From assembly GCF_006345805.1 (NCBI RefSeq), contig NC_043014.1:24304001-24368000 (forward strand): a DNA stretch of 64,000 nucleotides, read 5' to 3'. Shown one piece after another: positions 23,842 to 37,335 of this stretch (the first letter of the stretch is position 1; every line of letters starts with the position of its first letter). The notes below the pieces were generated by a model. That model had not been told where the DNA came from and did no database searches. It worked only from the letters and a program-made list of their open reading frames with translations. The DNA is from Octopus sinensis (Eukaryota). The position numbers were made by a program, and so were the translations under genes.

Positions 23842-24822
23842 ATCTACATAATTTTTACATTCATTTTCTCCATGTTGACATGGGCTAGACAACTGTTACT
23901 GCTTCTCAAGATACAGCTTATGGAATCCATGTATCTTCTGTAGTTCATTTTTCTTTATTTTGGTTTAATTTTCTACAATTGGATAGCTTTTCTATCACTA
24001 GCTACTTTATATTGTGGACTAGGTGATGCATTTTATTGGACTGACGGCATTGGATAATTACTTTTCTCTCCAGTACACAAGTCCTTGGTTTCAATGGCTG
24101 CTTCACAGTTTCATAATCATTAACACCTTTTAACCAGCATGGATTAACCATTAAACAATATAAGTATGTGCTTAAGGCATTGAGTGGATGAGAGAGCTAG
24201 TTTAGTTATCCAATGCTGGACTTCATGGGTACAAATGGTAAATTATAGTGTTTTTGTTGGGCTTTTTTACCTTTTAAGCATTGAAAATTTACATTTTTTT
24301 TTTTTACTGTTAGTTTTGTCAGTTACACCAATAATTCCCAAGCAAATTTTGACACAGAACCCATTGTACCATTTTCCAAAATTACTGAATACCAATATCT
24401 TAAAAATGATTTCCACCACCACCAACTTAATTTCAGTAAAACATTTAATAAAAAGAAAATTGTTTTAATGTGGAAATTAACCCATATGAAAATAAAACCA
24501 CAATTAATTTTTGAAAATGGAGAATAGCATTTATTTTATAAAGTATATGTTTATTAAGTTTTATTAAAAGACACCTTATTTTGTGGAATCCTAGATTATT
24601 TTTCATGGAGCCCCAGGATTCCTCAAAAACTACTTTGAAAGTCACTGAATTGGACAGTGGAAGAGTTGAAGAGTTGGGCTGTGTTTAGGCCATCAGCTGG
24701 TCTTAATCTAGCTCTTCTTATGATCAAGGGCTGATTACAATTGAATATTAATTGTCACAATTTATTATCATCATCCATACCCTAAATATTGAAACATTCT
24801 TAGAAATGTGTGTTTATTTCAG

Positions 24823-24957
24823 GGGACAGCAGTATTTGACTTCACTGGCACAACACACCAGGTACATGGCAACTGTAATGCTCCCCGGGCCATAACACTA
24901 TCAGCACTCATCTACTGTCTCCGCTGTATGGTTGGTCATAACATTCCATTGAATCAG
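24823..24957 (+). CDS. OPLAH: 5-oxoprolinase exon 3
   Basis: [45 protein letters not shown]; tttcag/gtaagg; 135 nt. Confidence 0.96.
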
Positions 24958-25516
24958 GTAAGGAAACAATTCTATAAAGAAACAACAGCTAAGGGGTATG
25001 TCCTGTTAACCCCCTTTTTTAAAAGCTTCTTTTTGTTATTATATGAGCATTTTTTAGAACCATAAATCTATCCTCAAATACTGTTCACACCCTATATTTA
25101 CTTTGTTCATGGTATTTTTATGTTTTTATTTAGCACTTTTTATGCATGTATGTATCTGTGTGCGTTTATATGAGTATATATGTCTCTATAAAAATGTGTA
25201 TATGCCGTGTGTGGACATGTGTGTGTGTGTGTACACTATGCTTGTATAATAAATACATGTGTGACTGTATCAGTATGTAGATTTGCTGGCATGTATGTTT
25301 GCACTTAAGTTTTATGGCACCATTTCACTCCAAAATGATCACCAAAACAATTTCTTTACTCTTGATCTACTTAATTCTCCTTTCCCCCTTTTTTTATATA
25401 CACATATGTGTATGTGCATGTATGTATGAATATATGTGCATGGATACATATGTATGTGTTTTTTTGTTTCTGTGTGTGTGTATATGTATATAAATATGTG
25501 TGTGCATGTTTATGTG

Positions 25517-25547
<31 letters not shown>

Positions 25548-25759
25548 GTGTGTATGCATGTTTATATAGGTGTATGTTTGTAGTTAAATTGCCTTACTTA
25601 CACAATAGACAACAAACTCTAAAATGTCAGTTTCAAAACTGCATTTAAGTGAGAAACTCCTGTCAGAGTCACCTTTTGTAAACACCTAATATCCTATAGA
25701 CATCTAATTATTAAAGTAGAAAAATTATCAGAAAAGCCATTTCTATTCATATTTTCATG

Positions 25760-25990
25760 TGTGTATAGGTAGTCTTGCCAAATATGTCTGGCATTTAAAA
25801 GAAAATGATACTCGTCCTTTCAATATCAGCTGGTTGATCTTTGAGAAAGCCACACCATATATGCACAGAGCATATAGATGCCTTATGAGATGCAACTTGT
25901 TCTTGACCAAAAAACTTTTTATGCTGTTCCAGGATAAATATGCATTGAACCAAAGACAGGAGCTTTTGAATTCCTGTAGACAGGTATAAA
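25760..25990 (+). mobile_element. Penelope-like GIY-YIG C-terminal remnant
   Basis: LAKYVWHLKEN..FNISW.IFEKA.PY...CNL.LT.K...LNQRQELLNSCR. Confidence 0.7.
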
Positions 25991-26246
25991 TTGTTGTCTG
26001 ATAAAATACCATATAGATGATAATAATAATATTTAACTTTCGCATTTGATTTTGTCTTTACCACCTAAAGGCAGGCATCATTTTGTATAATCTTGCCGTT
26101 ACTTGTTACATTTTTCAACCTTCAAGAAAACCTTTGACTGTTTACTAACTGTTCCTTTTAAATGCACCTTTTTGAGTCATTTGATTGTTACAGTGCAATT
26201 TAGCCCATTATGAAGTTGGTGGGTTCCCTCTGACAAATATCAAGGA

Positions 26247-26618
26247 GTGATGTTTGTAGAGGCCACAGCCCATGGAGAATTATCCCATAGATTTAGGAAA
26301 GCTCTGAAGGAGACCAGACTCAACATTAAGATTGCTGAAAGGCCAGGAAACTCTTTCAGATCACAACTATGTAGGATGTACCCCTTTGAGAATACCATAT
26401 GCACTAATGATAACTTAATGGTATGTAGGATTAACCCTGGCATTAACTGTAGAACTAGAAATGTAGTCTACAGCATAAGATGCATAGGTGCTTCTAAAGA
26501 CATGAACATGACATACATAGGGGAGACATCTAGGAGCATTATGGAAAAACTAAATGAACATTTGAGACTATATGACAACAAAAATCAGTCCTCCATATTC
26601 TACAGTGAGAGGAAGTAG
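26247..26618 (+). mobile_element. Penelope-like (Neptune-type) GIY-YIG remnant
   Basis: NCRTRNVVYSIRC...TYIGETSRSI.E..NEH, preceded by a Cys-containing linker. Confidence 0.75.
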
Positions 26619-28062
26619 AACAGTCTATAATTGCTGGAGGCAGCCTGGGTCAACTTGACATCTGCATTTTATCCAAGCACCCAAAGGACCTAACCCTCAG
26701 ACAAATACAGAAGTAAGTCCTCATAAATGAAACATCCCCAGTTCTAAATAGTAAATATACATAAGAAGTGATCATACCCCATACCCACAGTTTATATTTA
26801 TATACAGATAGAATATTTAGTGGGCTGTTATGTAGATGTGTGTGTGTGTATATGCACATGTATGTAGGCAAATGGATATGAATGTAAACAGATAGACATA
26901 CAGACGGGTAGGTACATAGGTTATATAAAGAGACAAGCACACATACTCACACACATAAGCAAATGAAGACTGAAACACATGACCATACACACACACTTCA
27001 CTTCACATAAGGAGACACACATCCATACATACAGACACAGTACATAGTTACAAAAGCCCATACACACACACACACACACACACACACTCAAATATGCACA
27101 CACAAGGAGACAGAGATACACACACGCACATATACAAACACACATACATACATAAAAACACATAAACACAAACACATGAATATGCAGAATACATACAAAA
27201 AGGTTGCAAGGCACAATGAACATTTTAGGAAAAATAAATAAGTAAATGAGTGGAAATCAAACTGGTGTGTGTATTAAATAATAAGGCACTAAAAGAGAAT
27301 GACTCTCCCCAGAGACAACAAAATATGCTTCAACACACAAGCTCACATAAAGAATCTTGCAAACCAAATCCAAAAACGAAATACATACACACACACAGAT
27401 GCCCATTTTTCCACCCTGAAGACAGGGACCAGTCTTACGATAATGTTTATATGCATCCACCACTGGTTGCATATCAATGATCTTTTGCATACTCCATCTC
27501 CCAACTTTTCAACTATTAGGTAATTCCAGAAACAGCTGTGAGACCATGATGTCACCTCTTAGTTTTTTTGTATTTCTTGTACTCCGTGTAAATTTGTTCT
27601 GTAAATATATGAATATCTATATGCTTATACACGAATGTTCATCTTCTGAATATTTTCAGTTTTTGTTTCTCTCTATATATATCCCTGTATATTAAGATGT
27701 ACATATGTATGTATATTTCATATTTTATATATCAAGCCCAAGTGTGTTTTCTATCCACTCATTGTAGACTACAAATAAAATATTTGTCAATCATTCTAAT
27801 CATCTTGTTATCTATATAGCTCTTTGTCTATCTTTCAATCTTTCCATTTTCTCTCTCTCACCCTCTCTTTCTCTCTCTCAGTTTGTAAATTCTGTTACGT
27901 TTGTATACCATTATGGGCAAAGACCTTCATTATAGAAAATTGTTTTTAATCTTTACTAGCAGAGATACCTGACGTTGCCCGGTTACATTCAATAGAAGAA
28001 TTAGATTTTTCTGTTATATATATATATATGGATACACACACACACACACACAAATATATGTA

Positions 28063-28564
28063 TCTCTTATTATAAAAGGCAGATTTTATCTGCCTCCCTT
28101 TGGGAGTTATACAAATCTACAATATAGGATTTCTTCAATTACAATTTACCTTGCATTTTTAAGAGTACAATGCATCGCGTCATGCCAGGTCCAGTTTTTA
28201 AAATTTAAACTCCAGTTAAGCAAAATTTACAGAAAACTCACATTCTGGTGTGTGTGTCAAATGCTTTTCTTAGTCTGGTTTACAGCACACGCAAACGCAC
28301 ACACACAGTGGGCAACGAATAAAATGAAAGTAATTGACTTACTGTAGTGAGTGATTCTTTTACACTGCCTCCCACTTCCTCTTTCCACACAGACACGCAA
28401 ATATATAAATAAAATTGTAAGCTAACGTGCGTGTGTGTGTGTGGGTGTGCGTGTGTGTGTGTGTGTGAGGGTGCGTGTGTGTGTGTGTGTGTGTGCGTGT
28501 GCGTGAGTGTGTGACAGGAAAGTTTTTTTACGACGAATATAACACCTATATCCAAGTAGTAGAA
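28063..28564 (+). mobile_element. Helitron 5' portion (same family as 8120-8586)
   Basis: A|TCTCTTATTATAAAAGGCAG start; reverse-complement match to 8120-8586; truncated by the 107-bp array. A separate minus-strand Helitron 3' end (CTAG 27956-27959 plus hairpin) lies just upstream. Confidence 0.8.
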
Positions 28565-28940
28565 AGATAAGACAGTAAGGTGTGATTTGAGGGAGATTTG
28601 GCTGCTATTTCTACCATGTCTAGCTGCCATGTAGGGGTCTCCCTCATAGGCTCATACATACATATATACATAGATAAGACAGTAAGGTGTGATTTGGGGG
28701 AAATTTGGCTGCTATTTCTACCAGGTCTAGCTGCCATGTAGGGGTCTCCCTCATAGGCTCATACATACATATATACATAGATAAGACAGTAAGGTGTGAT
28801 TTGGGGGAAATTTGGCTGCTATTTCTACCAGGTCTAGCTACCATGTAGAGGTCCCCCTCATTGGCTCATATATATATATACATACATAAGACAGTAAGGT
28901 GTGATTTGAGGGAGATTTGGCTGCTGTTTCTACCAGGTCT
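28565..28940 (+). repeat. ~107-bp tandem repeat, ~3.5 units
   Basis: agataagacagtaaggtgtgatttg... at 28565, 28672, 28779 and ~28885. Confidence 0.9.
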
Positions 28941-29305
28941 GTTAGGCCTTCTCATGTAAACTCAAGCTTTCTCATGCCTTCAACATATGACCAAAGCAGA
29001 GAATGTATTCTTTTATTCTTCTGCTTTTTCCAGCCATTGGTCTGTGGCCATGCTGGGGCAATGCCTTGAAGAATTGTAGTTTAATGAATCAACTCCAGTT
29101 TTATTTTTGTAAGCATTGTACTTATTCTATCTGTTTCCTTTGTCAAACCACTAGGTGACAGGGATGTAAACAAACCAACATTCGTTGTCAAGCAGTGGTG
29201 GAGGACAATCACAAGCACAGACACGCACACACACACACATACATGCATACACATATACACACATACATACATACATACATATATATATATGTGTGTATAT
29301 ATATA

Positions 29306-29622
29306 TTGCAGCGTGGAAGGTGTTTGTAAGCCATTTAAGAAACACACAAAAACCGTTACATTCACTTCAACATTTAAATTTAATTTGCCAAAATATTTTC
29401 GTCGCTTTCAGACCGCGACCTGTTCACTGACAAAAATATCATGCTAACAGGTCGCGGTCTCAAAGCGACGAAAATATTTTCACAAATTAAATTTAAATGT
29501 TGAAGTGAATCTAACGGTTTTTGTGTGTTTCTTAAATGGCTTATAAACACCTTCAACGCTGCAACTGTTTTCGTTCCAGCACACGATCTCAGATCAAGTC
29601 ACTTGCTATGCAAGTACATCTC
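29306..29622. mobile_element. Foldback MITE (GAGATGTACTTGC terminus)
   Basis: 119-bp arms 29306-29424 and 29446-29564; family copies at ~870-1066, 52994-53400 and 55870-56100. Confidence 0.78.
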
Positions 29623-29728
29623 TGTAACTATATATATATTTATATATATATATATATATGTATATTGGTAAAAACAGTAAGATAACAAAAGAAAGAAAGA
29701 GACCTCAATATTATGTAAATAGAGGAAA

Positions 29729-30123
29729 TCTTTATATATAAAAGTGAGGTTGTGTGTCTGTCTCCTACGATTTAGATTCCTAACTACTCCCACATTTTGC
29801 GGTGCAGTTTAACCAAAACCGGGTATCTTATAGTCGTGATTCATATCGAGACCGTCTGGGTATTAGCGCGCATCTACGATGAGTCTACGATTTAAAAAAA
29901 AATTTACCATCAATTTTTCCCATTTTTAATCCATTTTTGACATATATAAGGGAAGTAACTCTCTAAAATTTATTATTAAATCTCAGAACGTAAAAAGCTA
30001 CAGTAACACCCCTCCCCCTTTGTGGTTAGCCATATTGAGATGGCTATTATACTTTACATCTCTAAAAATGCTTATATAATTATTTCCCTTACAAACCCGA
30101 GCAACGCCGGGCGATACTGCTAG
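29729..30123 (+). mobile_element. Complete 395-bp non-autonomous Helitron
   Basis: A|TC 5' end, subterminal cccgagcaacgccggg hairpin, CTAG|T 3' end; same family as 6485-7327. Confidence 0.88.
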
Positions 30124-30189
30124 TATTAATATAAATACATGAAAGTACATGAAGTTTGTTAAAAAAAGGGGATCATGTATATACCTCCT

Positions 30190-31880
30190 GGCTGTTGAGA
30201 TTATAACACCTCGTTGTAAACAATGTTTCTTGTTTTTCCTTGTGGAGCATATACAAAAAGGTTTCTTTTGGTTCCTACTCTTGAGCAGCAAACATACAGT
30301 TGCCTATGCGAGAAGCAGGGCTCTTTCAAGAGAAGACCAGCTACAGAGAGGGTTTGACCCTGAGATTTGTTAATGGACATGGCAAAGCTGATACGAAGGG
30401 GGATTGCAGTCTTCTGAATGTAAATGAAATTTCTGCTCCTGATGGAGTAAGAGGAAATCTTGGAATGAAGACGTCATCACCTTTTCCACATCCAGAAAGA
30501 ATGATCGCCTCGATAACGTGTGATATCATTTTCTTTATCACCAGTCGTGTTCCATTGCAAATCTTGGTGGTCCCAGATTGCGGAGTAGCATTACAGGAGT
30601 TCCAACTTTAAGTGGTAATATGTGTGGAGGTAGTCGAGGAGGCTCCAGTGAATTGAGAAATTCAGGAGGATAGTTCACAACTTCATTTATATCTGGAATT
30701 GTATCAACAGACTTTTAAGTGTGTATAGTGCCGGGAAGAGAATGCATTAGCTGTTGATTACTTTTGTTAACAGCGACGTTTTTTGGAGCTAATATTGCTC
30801 TTTCACACAGCCAATTGTGATTTTGGTAGTTTTGTGTGAAGTTGGGAAAGACTTTGTTTTTGAGGTCATCTACAGAATTAACAACAGAGGAAAATGACCA
30901 CACTTCCATTTGTCCTGCAGCATCAAGAGGCATCTTGCCTTCACCAAGTGTCAAAAGGTCCTGTGCAAACTTTGTGGACAATTTGTCGCCGTGTAGCTGA
31001 GCTCTCATGTTAGTGTTGAGACTAAAGATTGTAACATGATGCCACAGGGTAGAGGACTTTAGGCATGCTTGAACTTCATCAGCTCTAGTGCCTTTCGGAA
31101 TGACAGGAAGCATTTGCCTGAAATCACCTGACAACAGAAGCGTTACACCTACCATTGGAGCCTGACAGTCTCGGATGTCTTTCAGGGCTCTATCTAATGC
31201 TTCCAAAGCTCCCTTGTGAGCCATAGTGCACTCATCCCAGACAATTAGATGACACATTTTAAGTACTTGTCCCTGATCTGAGCTTTTGTTGATGTTGCAT
31301 GAAGGCATTTCGGATGCTGCTAAATTGAGAGGGAGTTTAAAAGTTGAGTGTGCTGTCCTGCCACCAGGTAACAAAGTAGCTGCAATGCCAGTGGAGGCTA
31401 CAGCTACTGCAATGTCCTGATGCTACCTAACTTCTGCAAGGAGAAGCTTTGTAATAAATGTTTTTCCTGTCCCTCCAGGAGCATCGAGGAAGAAGATTCG
31501 TCCCTCGCGTTGGCGTACACTGTTAAGAATAGTTCTGTAGGCCTGCAGCTGGTCCGGAAGTAATTTAGGCTCATTTTCAACAATGTACTTTGAAAGCGCT
31601 TGAGTGTCATAGGTTGTTTCACGAATGACAACAGTGGGAAGGCTATTTGACCCTGACCTGAATGCTTGTGGCAGGCCATACGTCGACAATTCATTTCCAT
31701 CCACTTTAGCAATTCTGTCTTCAACGTCAATGAGTGTTTTGTTATAGATTTCATTGCTGATACCCTCCATGTCAGGATAGAGTAGTTGAGCTTGGCGCTG
31801 AAACGGACAATGTTTTTGAGATTCCGGTTCGAATGTAAGGCAGGTTTGAAAGTGTTCCCAACAGTTATTAGTTGTAGTGA
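30190..31880 (-). pseudogene. Helitron RepHel PIF1 helicase pseudogene
   Basis: Walker A LDAPGGTGKTF, in-frame TAG, ASTGIAATLLPGGRTAHS, LIVWDE, GDFRQ, AILAPKN, then frameshifted VFIPR...FRRLQ and CFSHRQLYVCCSRV; a Helitron 5' end at 32363 lies upstream beyond a SINE. Confidence 0.9.
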
Positions 31881-32661
31881 TAGAGTGTTTATGCCGAATA
31901 TGTACGTATGCATGTATATATATGTATGTATGCCTGTATATATGTACAAAATCCACTGAGAAGGCTTTTGTTGGTCTGAAGCTACAGCAGAAGACACATG
32001 CCAAGTCACCACACAGTGGGATTGAACCCAGGACCATGTGTTTGGAACGTAGTTTGTTACCACACAGCCACACCTGCCCCTATGTGTGTGTGTGTGTGTA
32101 TGCGTATGTGTGTATGGGTAGATATATTATGCATGTATATATGTGTACATATTACATGTACATCTATATATATACATATACACATAAAATACAAAATACA
32201 AAGTTATATCTTGATATCGCTAGTGATAACAATACTCAAAATATATAACAGACTGGAATTGTAGGCCCGTCTCTTGCAATTTTGATCAATTTTTATATTT
32301 TAGAATTGTATTAAAAAGGAACATGGGAACAGGCAGAGAAAATCTGCCTTTTATCATAAGAGATAGGAGCACTGAGTATATAGTTCTGTTTTCTAACATA
32401 TGACCTTACTCAGTCATCAGTACTTCTGTTTCTATTACAAGCTTATCAGATTTCAAGAAGTGATTTTTGCCAATGCATAATAATGCTAATTTTCTCATTA
32501 GTTTGTCAGTTTCTGCTTCTCAAGATGTCTGCTTATCTATATGTCTTTCTATCTTTACCTAAATAGATGGCTTGCCTGCTCATCAGTGTGATAAGCTATC
32601 ATTAACTCATGTTATTTTAAAACCCATATGATATTTTACAAATTGTTTAATACCATTACAG

Positions 32662-32811
32662 GGCTGCCTGGTACCAGTGAAGACAATCATACCCAAAGGT
32701 AGTATTCTTGACCCATCAGAAACAGCTGCAGTTGTTGGTGGTAATGTCCTCACCTCCCAGAGAATTGTAGATGTCATTCTAAAAGCTTTTCAAATATGTG
32801 CTGCTTCTCAG
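32662..32811 (+). CDS. OPLAH: 5-oxoprolinase exon 4
   Basis: Manual translation [50 protein letters not shown]; ttacag/gtaact; 150 nt; not in the ORF track. Confidence 0.96.
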
Positions 32812-33378
32812 GTAACTGCAATCATATGTATTGTGTTAAATTAGTAGTTTTTGTTTTTATAGTGTAGTGTAGCTGTTGTTTGTACACTGCCACTGTTATT
32901 TCTACACTATTGTTATACTTCTGTTTCTATGCTGTTATACTACTGTTTCTAAACTGAGTACTACTATTTCTACAGTAGTACTGGTGTTTCTACACTGTGT
33001 ATTGCTGTTTCTACACTACTGCTGCTATGCTGTGTATACTGCTGTTTCTATAACTTTATATATTTTTCCTTCACTCATATGCTGCTTACACTGCCATGTG
33101 TGTTTCTACACTCATCTACTGCAGTTTTTACACTGTCAGTTGCTGTTATAGCTACATTGTTGTTTCCTGCCAGTCATCTACTGCATGACTGGTATTTGTA
33201 CTGTTTGTACACTGCAGTATACTATTGTTTCTCCACTTGTAAATATTGGTGCTGTTTATAAACTTTTGTATTCAGTTACACAACAAAACAACTTTGCTTC
33301 ATTTGTTATGAAAAGACTTAACATACCACTTAAAACAGAATCCATTTATTTTTATAAAATGTTTTTAATCCTTTCAAG

Positions 33379-33453
33379 GGTTGTATGAACAACATAACGT
33401 TTGGAGACCAAGACATAGGGTACTACGAAACAATTGCTGGAGGTGCTGGGGCT
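33379..33453 (+). CDS. OPLAH: 5-oxoprolinase exon 5
   Basis: [25 protein letters not shown]; ttcaag/gtgagt; 75 nt. Confidence 0.96.
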
Positions 33454-36283
33454 GTGAGTAATTTAAAATCTCAAGATTGTTTTGCCTTGTTCTTTACTCA
33501 TTTTGTTCCACTTTTTCTGCTCTGTTAATATTTTAAACATTTTTTAGGTGCAAGCATAGCTGTGTGGTTAAGAAGTTTACTTCCCAACCATATGATTTTA
33601 GGTTCAGTCCTTCTGTGTGACACCTTGGACACAAGTATTTTATTATAGCCCTAAGTCAACCAGTCTTGTGAGTGAGTTTGGTGAACTGAAACTTAAATAA
33701 ACTCATTATATATGTTTGTGTGCATGTGCACACACACATTCATGTGTGTATGAGTGTGAGTACCCTTTTCTAGATACACATGATGGTTATAAATGAGCAT
33801 CATCATCATACAAGTGAGATTTTCCATTTCTAGTTTTCCATGAAAACACATCCAGTTATGGGAAAATATTACTTCGCTTGAAAACATGTGAGGGTTGGTA
33901 GCAGGAAGGGCATCCAGACAAAAAAATCTGCCTCAAACAAATTTCATGGAAAAGTGGACATCAAATGATGCTGATGACGATTCTTATTAGCATTGTTTCT
34001 CTGTACTAGAATATGACTATGAAGGTTTCAGATAATCTGGTATGTTGAATATTGCACACTTAATTTTGTTTCTAACAAACAACTATTTTTTTTTCTATAT
34101 TTATGTTGTTTAGCCTCTACTCGGCTCGGTTTCAACACATTCCAGCTGTGACCATGTAAATCTTTTTTCTTTCAATCATACATAGTATCTCTGGTACTAC
34201 ATTATCCAATATGTTCTCATATGTTTTTAAGATAGGCATAATTTAAAAGATATTTGGCTGCCATTTTTTGTTGATAGAGTTACCTCATAAAGGCACCCTC
34301 ATACTTGATTACTTATGCTGTTTTGTGGGTCAGAAGAGTAAATTAAATAGAAGTATTGTTAATGATAATAAAGGTAGGTTTACTAATTGCAAAAACTTGT
34401 TGATGAATAAGTTCTTTTTCCTTGGTGATTAAAAATGTCATCATACCTGTCAATCTTTTATCATTCCTAGTTTTCCTCCACTCTCTCCCTTTTGCATAAT
34501 TCTTAAGCAAGAATAGTTACCACATGTGTTAATTACTCCCATCCCTTGCTCTGATAAATGTTTTATTTTTGTGAATTCAAGTTACAGGATTGTAAATACA
34601 AGACTGTTTTGCAGTTGACTTGAGGCTTCTTGTATAGATATATTTCTAGGCATGTGTTGCAAGAAATTATCTAGAAATTATATTATATTTTTTCTATATC
34701 TACTACCATCGGTAGAATTATTAGAGCATTAGACAAAATTCTTTGCAATATTAATTACAACTTCTGAGTTCAAATTCTACTGAGATAACTTTTCCTTTCA
34801 TCTTCCTTGGTCAGTAAAATAAAGCACTTGTCCCAGATAGTATGTCAGTAGAATTGTTAAATGGACAAATATTTTGCAGTATTTGATCTGTGACAATACT
34901 GGTGACACATGTGACAATACAGGTGATACATGTGACAAAACTGGTGCCAAACAGTACTGGCCTTTACCTTTCACTTTGATTATATTGGTGGCATATGTAA
35001 ATACATGATCAACCCTGACAAGTAGAATAAATTTTTCCAATATTGCAGCAGGCAATCAAATATACGGTAGTTTTTCCAGATTTGTTGGTAATTAAGTTAG
35101 TAACGAATGAATAATGACAGAGATAGATAATTATGTCATGAATATTTACTAAAACATTGAGTGTAACTAAATGTACCTTTTGAACTTACTCCAGACAGTG
35201 CATCTATGACATCACCCAACACATTCTACTCCATTTAAAATGGTGTGGTTGAGGGACATTTGGCTACTTAAGTAGCAGCCAAATGTCCCTCAACCACACC
35301 ATTTTAAATGGAGTAGAATGTATTGGGTGATGTTGTCATAGATGCACTGTCTGGAAAAAGAAAAAATTTGGGATAATTGTGGCCAGAACATCTTTGATCA
35401 TAGATCTGATCCATTAGAGCTGACCTGGGCTGAAGGCAGTGCCAATATTGTGTGAGGAGCCTCTAAAAATTTTAACCAAGTCATCCTTATACCACACCTT
35501 ACCATCTGAAAAAGGAGAAAGGACCCATTGGCTAATGCAGTCATCAAATCAGTTTACAAGAAGATGGAATGATCACAACTGGAATGCTTGACTGGCATTG
35601 ACTGAGTGCTAAATGACGACAACAAGCATTTAAGGAAAATGTTTTTTGATACTATTGGACATAACTATGCAATTCAGGGAAGGAGTGGTGATGTATTGAA
35701 CTTCATTCTCATAAAATTAAATTTTATTCTTAACTAGAGAAAAAAGTAAAAATTTAAGTGGCAGTTTGTTAGCAACTTCAAAAAAGAAAAAAAGGAGTTG
35801 GGGTATAATTTCAAAAAATTAAGTATTAGTTTCACAAAAAAATTTAATCATTATATGTAGGTATATAGGACCATAACATTTCTGGAAGTACTGCTTCCAA
35901 TTTCCTTAAGAGGTTTTCAATATCTTTAGATACATAATCTAAAGTTCTGGAGTGGCTTGTTCTTGGAATAAAGGAGGAATTAGTGAATAAATGAAATGTA
36001 TTTGGCTTTTCACCAATGTGTGCTTGTGTGAATAGAGGAGACATAGACTCTACAAGCTCCATGGCCTTCTTTTCTAGCAGGTCAAGCAACCATTTAGAAC
36101 TTTCTTGTTATCTTGTAGTGCTCTCTTATTAGCTTATGATGCTTCCTCATTAGCTCTTGACTCTCCTGTTTGTTTGTGAAGCAACATAGATAGCTTAACT
36201 AACAGCTTAATCATTCAACTGCCCAACAACAAAAGTTGCTTAATAAAATTCTTTGTTCATATTACATTGATTATATTGTTTAG

Positions 36284-36366
36284 GGTCCAGGCTGGAATGG
36301 TCGAAGTGGAATCCACACCCATATGACTAACACAAGGATTACTGATCCAGAGATTCTAGAACGTAG
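36284..36366 (+). CDS. OPLAH: 5-oxoprolinase exon 6
   Basis: GPGWNGRSGIHTHMTNTRITDPEILER+AG; gtttag/gtaagc; 83 nt, phase 2 end. Confidence 0.96.
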
Positions 36367-37335
36367 GTAAGCCATATGTCAGTTTTTTAATCTTTTATTC
36401 CAAGAGGGAAAGACAATGCTCGTGACCCTTTATTTTTTCAGGACTTGCAAGACTGGTTGGTATTGTTTTATATGAATTAAAGCCCTTTGCACCCTATGGA
36501 GCATTGACCATCAACTACTTTTCTTAACTATTCTTGACTTTAGGTTGTCTTCACTTGCATCCCTGCTTTTTCCTTGAAGCTTCCTTTTGGATTTTGCTGC
36601 ACCACATCACATGTATCCTTGAAGGAATGCCTTCCTTTTCCCAGGTTGTGTTGGTTTTGAATTGTCATTGATGCTTCTTTAACTTTGCTTTTTTCTAAGT
36701 AGGGGTATTAATTTTATGCAAACCCATTTTTACCTCTGGCAAGAGGTGGTCCATATTAGTCTGGTTTCTTTTGTTTAATCTGTCCAGGGAGGCCCTACCA
36801 GGAATTTCACTCCATTGGTATAACTCCCAAGATCATTAAAGCACATGAGCTATGATACCACAACAAAAATTAGACATTTTGGTGGCAGATTAGCTGGAGC
36901 AGGTGAGTTATTCTGAAATCAGAGACCTTACCTGAATGTTTGTGACAGAGTGCTAAAAGCATCCAAGGAGAAGCTGATGGTGTTAAACAGAGTGATGGAT
37001 TTAAGTCTAGCACTCAAGAACTCAGAACACAAAGAGACAACAAATACTGCAAGGTATTTCCCAAGATGCTCTAACAATTGTACAAATCCACTACTTTATT
37101 TTAATCAATTCTGATAGGATTGATTAAAATAAGTTGACCCTAGCAGAATTTGAACTGGAAAAAAGTCCTGCAGAACTTTAGCAGCTCTACCAATTTGGTT
37201 CCATCCATTCTTTTTCAATCCTCTAACCTTAACATATATTTAATAAATCCTCCAACATATTTGGTAACCCTCCTACAAATCTGGTAATCTTCCAACGGAT
37301 CTGATAACCCATACAGATTTGCTAACACTCCAACA

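Noticed and set aside
31880-32073. N-terminal part of ORF 31423-32073 as a Helitron protein start
   Set aside because: It is SINE head plus microsatellite read in frame by chance.
32525-32600. Minus-strand CTGATGA...GAAA with a gcttatc/gataagc helix just upstream of exon 4
   Set aside because: No G10.1-C11.1 pair, no stem III or proper NUH; at best a badly decayed motif.
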